Assembly (NCBI GenBank): GCA_903813345.2
Contig: CAIIXF020000001.1
Location: 29,760,001 to 29,824,000 of the forward strand
Length of the DNA stretch: 64,000 nt
DNA from: Owenia fusiformis
Lineage: Eukaryota
Direction of reading: 5' to 3'
Part shown: positions 62,101 through 64,000 of the stretch, in pieces
Position numbering within the stretch: position 1 is the first letter of the stretch
Layout of the letters: each line of letters begins with the position of its first letter
The notes under the pieces: generated by a model
What the model was told of the DNA's origin: nothing
Seen by the model: only the letters and a program-made list of their open reading frames with translations
Databases searched by the model: none
Position numbers and translations under genes: made by a program

Positions 62101-63982
62101 ACCAGCTCAGTCTAAAATTTAAAATTGATACATTAAAGTTATTTGTAATATGTAATTTTTGTAATATATTGATTCAATCATGATAATGTTTTTTTAATAA
62201 TAATTTACTAATTCTAATAAATCAAGATCGACACCTTTTCCCGAAATAACTAGATAACGGCAACTCCGCGGAGTAGCAAATCCCAACGAACAAAATATCA
62301 ATTAGCGAATTCCAATCAATTATACTCATTACTTTGGTTAAAATTGAAAAAATTAGATTTTAGAATTGCGAATTCCTGCAAAGCAGCCATTTTGAATTTT
62401 CTGAGATACAAATCTGAAAGATAATACCATAATTGTGATTTACTCCAAAATTCCTTCAATTTGAGTATAATATAGCCATACTTTGAAGGGATCGAAAAAT
62501 TATTGCGAAATCGTACATTAGATGGCCATTTTGAATTTTACGAGGCTCGAATCAGAAAAAGATACAATATTTGCAATCTACTCTTAATTGCCTTTCATTT
62601 GAGTATAATAAAGCTATACTTTAGAAAGATCTAAAAATTAGCGAAGATTTCTGTTTTCATGTCCCCCATACACGGCCCCTGTGGGTCAGGATGAAAAACA
62701 CGGAATATATGTGAAATAGATAAATGTTGTGAATATACTACCAAAATTTCAAACAATAATATTAATAATTACTTTGGTTCAGAATGAAAAATTTATGATT
62801 TTTGCGAGCGGCGGCCATCTTGAAAAATTTTTTTTTTGCGTAAAACTATTCACCAATATACATCTTTCCACTAAATATGAAGAAAATCCATCTACTAGTA
62901 TTTGAGTTATCTTCCGGACAGACGGACGGACTGACTGACTGACTGACGGACGGACGGACAGATGGACGGAGGGCTTCACTATATCCCTACCGAACTTCGT
63001 TCGTTGGGATAATAAAATAATATAAACAGTGAGAGATGTTTTTGCTATAGTTTCCAAATCCTATTTTTGAATGGGATTAAACAGAGAGAATATACCTTAT
63101 ATCATATATAGTATTATTATTTATCCCACGATTAATGTGTTATCTGTACAATAACAGCTATCGATATTTCTGATATTATTGAAATCCGTGTGATATTTTC
63201 CAGAAAATCGTTTATCAAACTCATATGCGTGTGATATCGTTTATCTCACACATATCCGTGTGATATCACATCTGCATTTCGCGCCACAATATTGTTGGAA
63301 ATTAGGTCAGATAATTTATTCTCTTTTGAGAAAATTGGTCCGTTAATTTATTCTCTTTAAGTTTCATTGGTGTATTGAATTACGATTGTGTATATAATTT
63401 GATAAGAAGGCTGCTAACTAACGATTAAAAAATGGTATTTATGAAGAACAATAAAGTGTTTCAAATGATATTCTAATTTCTAGTTTATATTGTCTGCCAA
63501 TGCCCTGGAAATTGGATCAGAACTTCACAAGGTGATTGTAATCATGGGATAAACCCAATATCACATAACTTCTCGTGATATCATTTTATCACCTCGTAGA
63601 TATCAAATATCAACACTCAATCGCTTCGCTCACTCGTGTTGATATTTGCTATCAACTCGGCGATAAAAATGATATCACTCAAAATGATGTGATATTCTGT
63701 ATATATTATTACAGAGGTCATTAATATTATTATATATTAATATGATATATCATCTGAGAAATAAAATGACCAAATTATCAACTAACCACTGCAAATATAG
63801 AACCTCTTGTATATATAACCTTTATCTAACTAAATGTACCTTTGACATGGCAAAGATGCACATTGAGGCCTCATCCATGTCTCCTAGTGCCAGGTGCAGG
63901 TTGGCAAGACAGAGTAAGTCTAAGCTGGACCTTTTGGTAGACCCCTCATCAATGTAAATCTTCAGCACAGAGGCTGCTAATT
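53179..63982 (-). CDS. HPS3: Hermansky-Pudlak syndrome 3 protein homolog (BLOC-2 subunit), 3' part; 5' end lies beyond the window
   Basis: In-phase exons 63840-63982, 62034-62111, 61675-61773, 59519-59585, 59234-59268, 58616-58702, 57424-57487, 56005-56093, 54641-54988, 54320-54407, 53179-53360. Motifs WLDDLPPF, EDLLKLQSLLCS and C-terminal FLNVLPKDDDVTICLPYI resemble the HPS3 C-terminal domain as I recall it. Confidence 0.8.
55290..55962. mobile_element. GC-rich PIF/Harbinger-type MITE, TTA TSD
   Basis: tta|tggcctagtcacatagcccggccgatg ... catcggccgggctatgtgactaggcca|tta; 27-bp perfect TIR, CpG-rich interior. Confidence 0.88.
58918..59013. repeat. Hairpin element (left arm to loop; right arm extends to ~59053)
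   Basis: ttattgaatgatttgaagtgcaatacaggatatattctg and its exact reverse complement cagaatatatcctgtattgcacttcaaatcattcaataa ending near 59053. Confidence 0.75.
59592..60562. repeat. 20-bp minisatellite (~48 copies) abutting an HPS3 acceptor site
   Basis: Unit gtacatgaacagggtataa(g); it ends a few nt from the minus-strand AG at 59586-59587. Confidence 0.96.
62248..63012 (-). mobile_element. Helentron-associated (HINE-like) element
   Basis: Minus strand: ttatcccaacgaacgaagttcggtagggatatag, (GTCC/GTCA)n, inverted gttcgttggga, hairpin gctactccgcggagttgc, ctagtt end; same architecture as 16549-17738. Confidence 0.75.
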
Positions 63983-64000
63983 CTGAAAGTATAATCATTA

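Overview
AT-rich, intron-rich animal (invertebrate-type) genomic DNA. The ORF track mostly shows exon fragments and repeat artefacts, so I rebuilt the genes by hand from splice sites and phases. Five protein-coding genes: (1) complete 7-exon FBXO25/FBXO32 (atrogin-1) family F-box gene, minus strand, 2080-11437; (2) complete EFR3 homologue, plus strand, 11879-30642, head-to-head with the F-box gene; (3) a 4-exon secreted Cys-rich gene (Ly6/three-finger-like plus chitin-binding-like domain) nested antisense in an EFR3 intron, 19700-21026; (4) a ~1420-aa VWA + 5x[Ser/Thr linker + C-type-lectin-like] gene built from five tandem 4-exon cassettes of ~1.78 kb, 32172-47193; (5) the 3' part of an HPS3 homologue, minus strand, 53179 to the window end. 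Introns hold many non-autonomous DNA transposons (Tc1/mariner, Kolobok-like, hAT-like, Harbinger-like, Helentron-like) and minisatellites. The most unusual structure is a 9-copy tandem array of the EFR3 exon-3 splice acceptor plus the first half of that exon; only the last two copies keep the reading frame.
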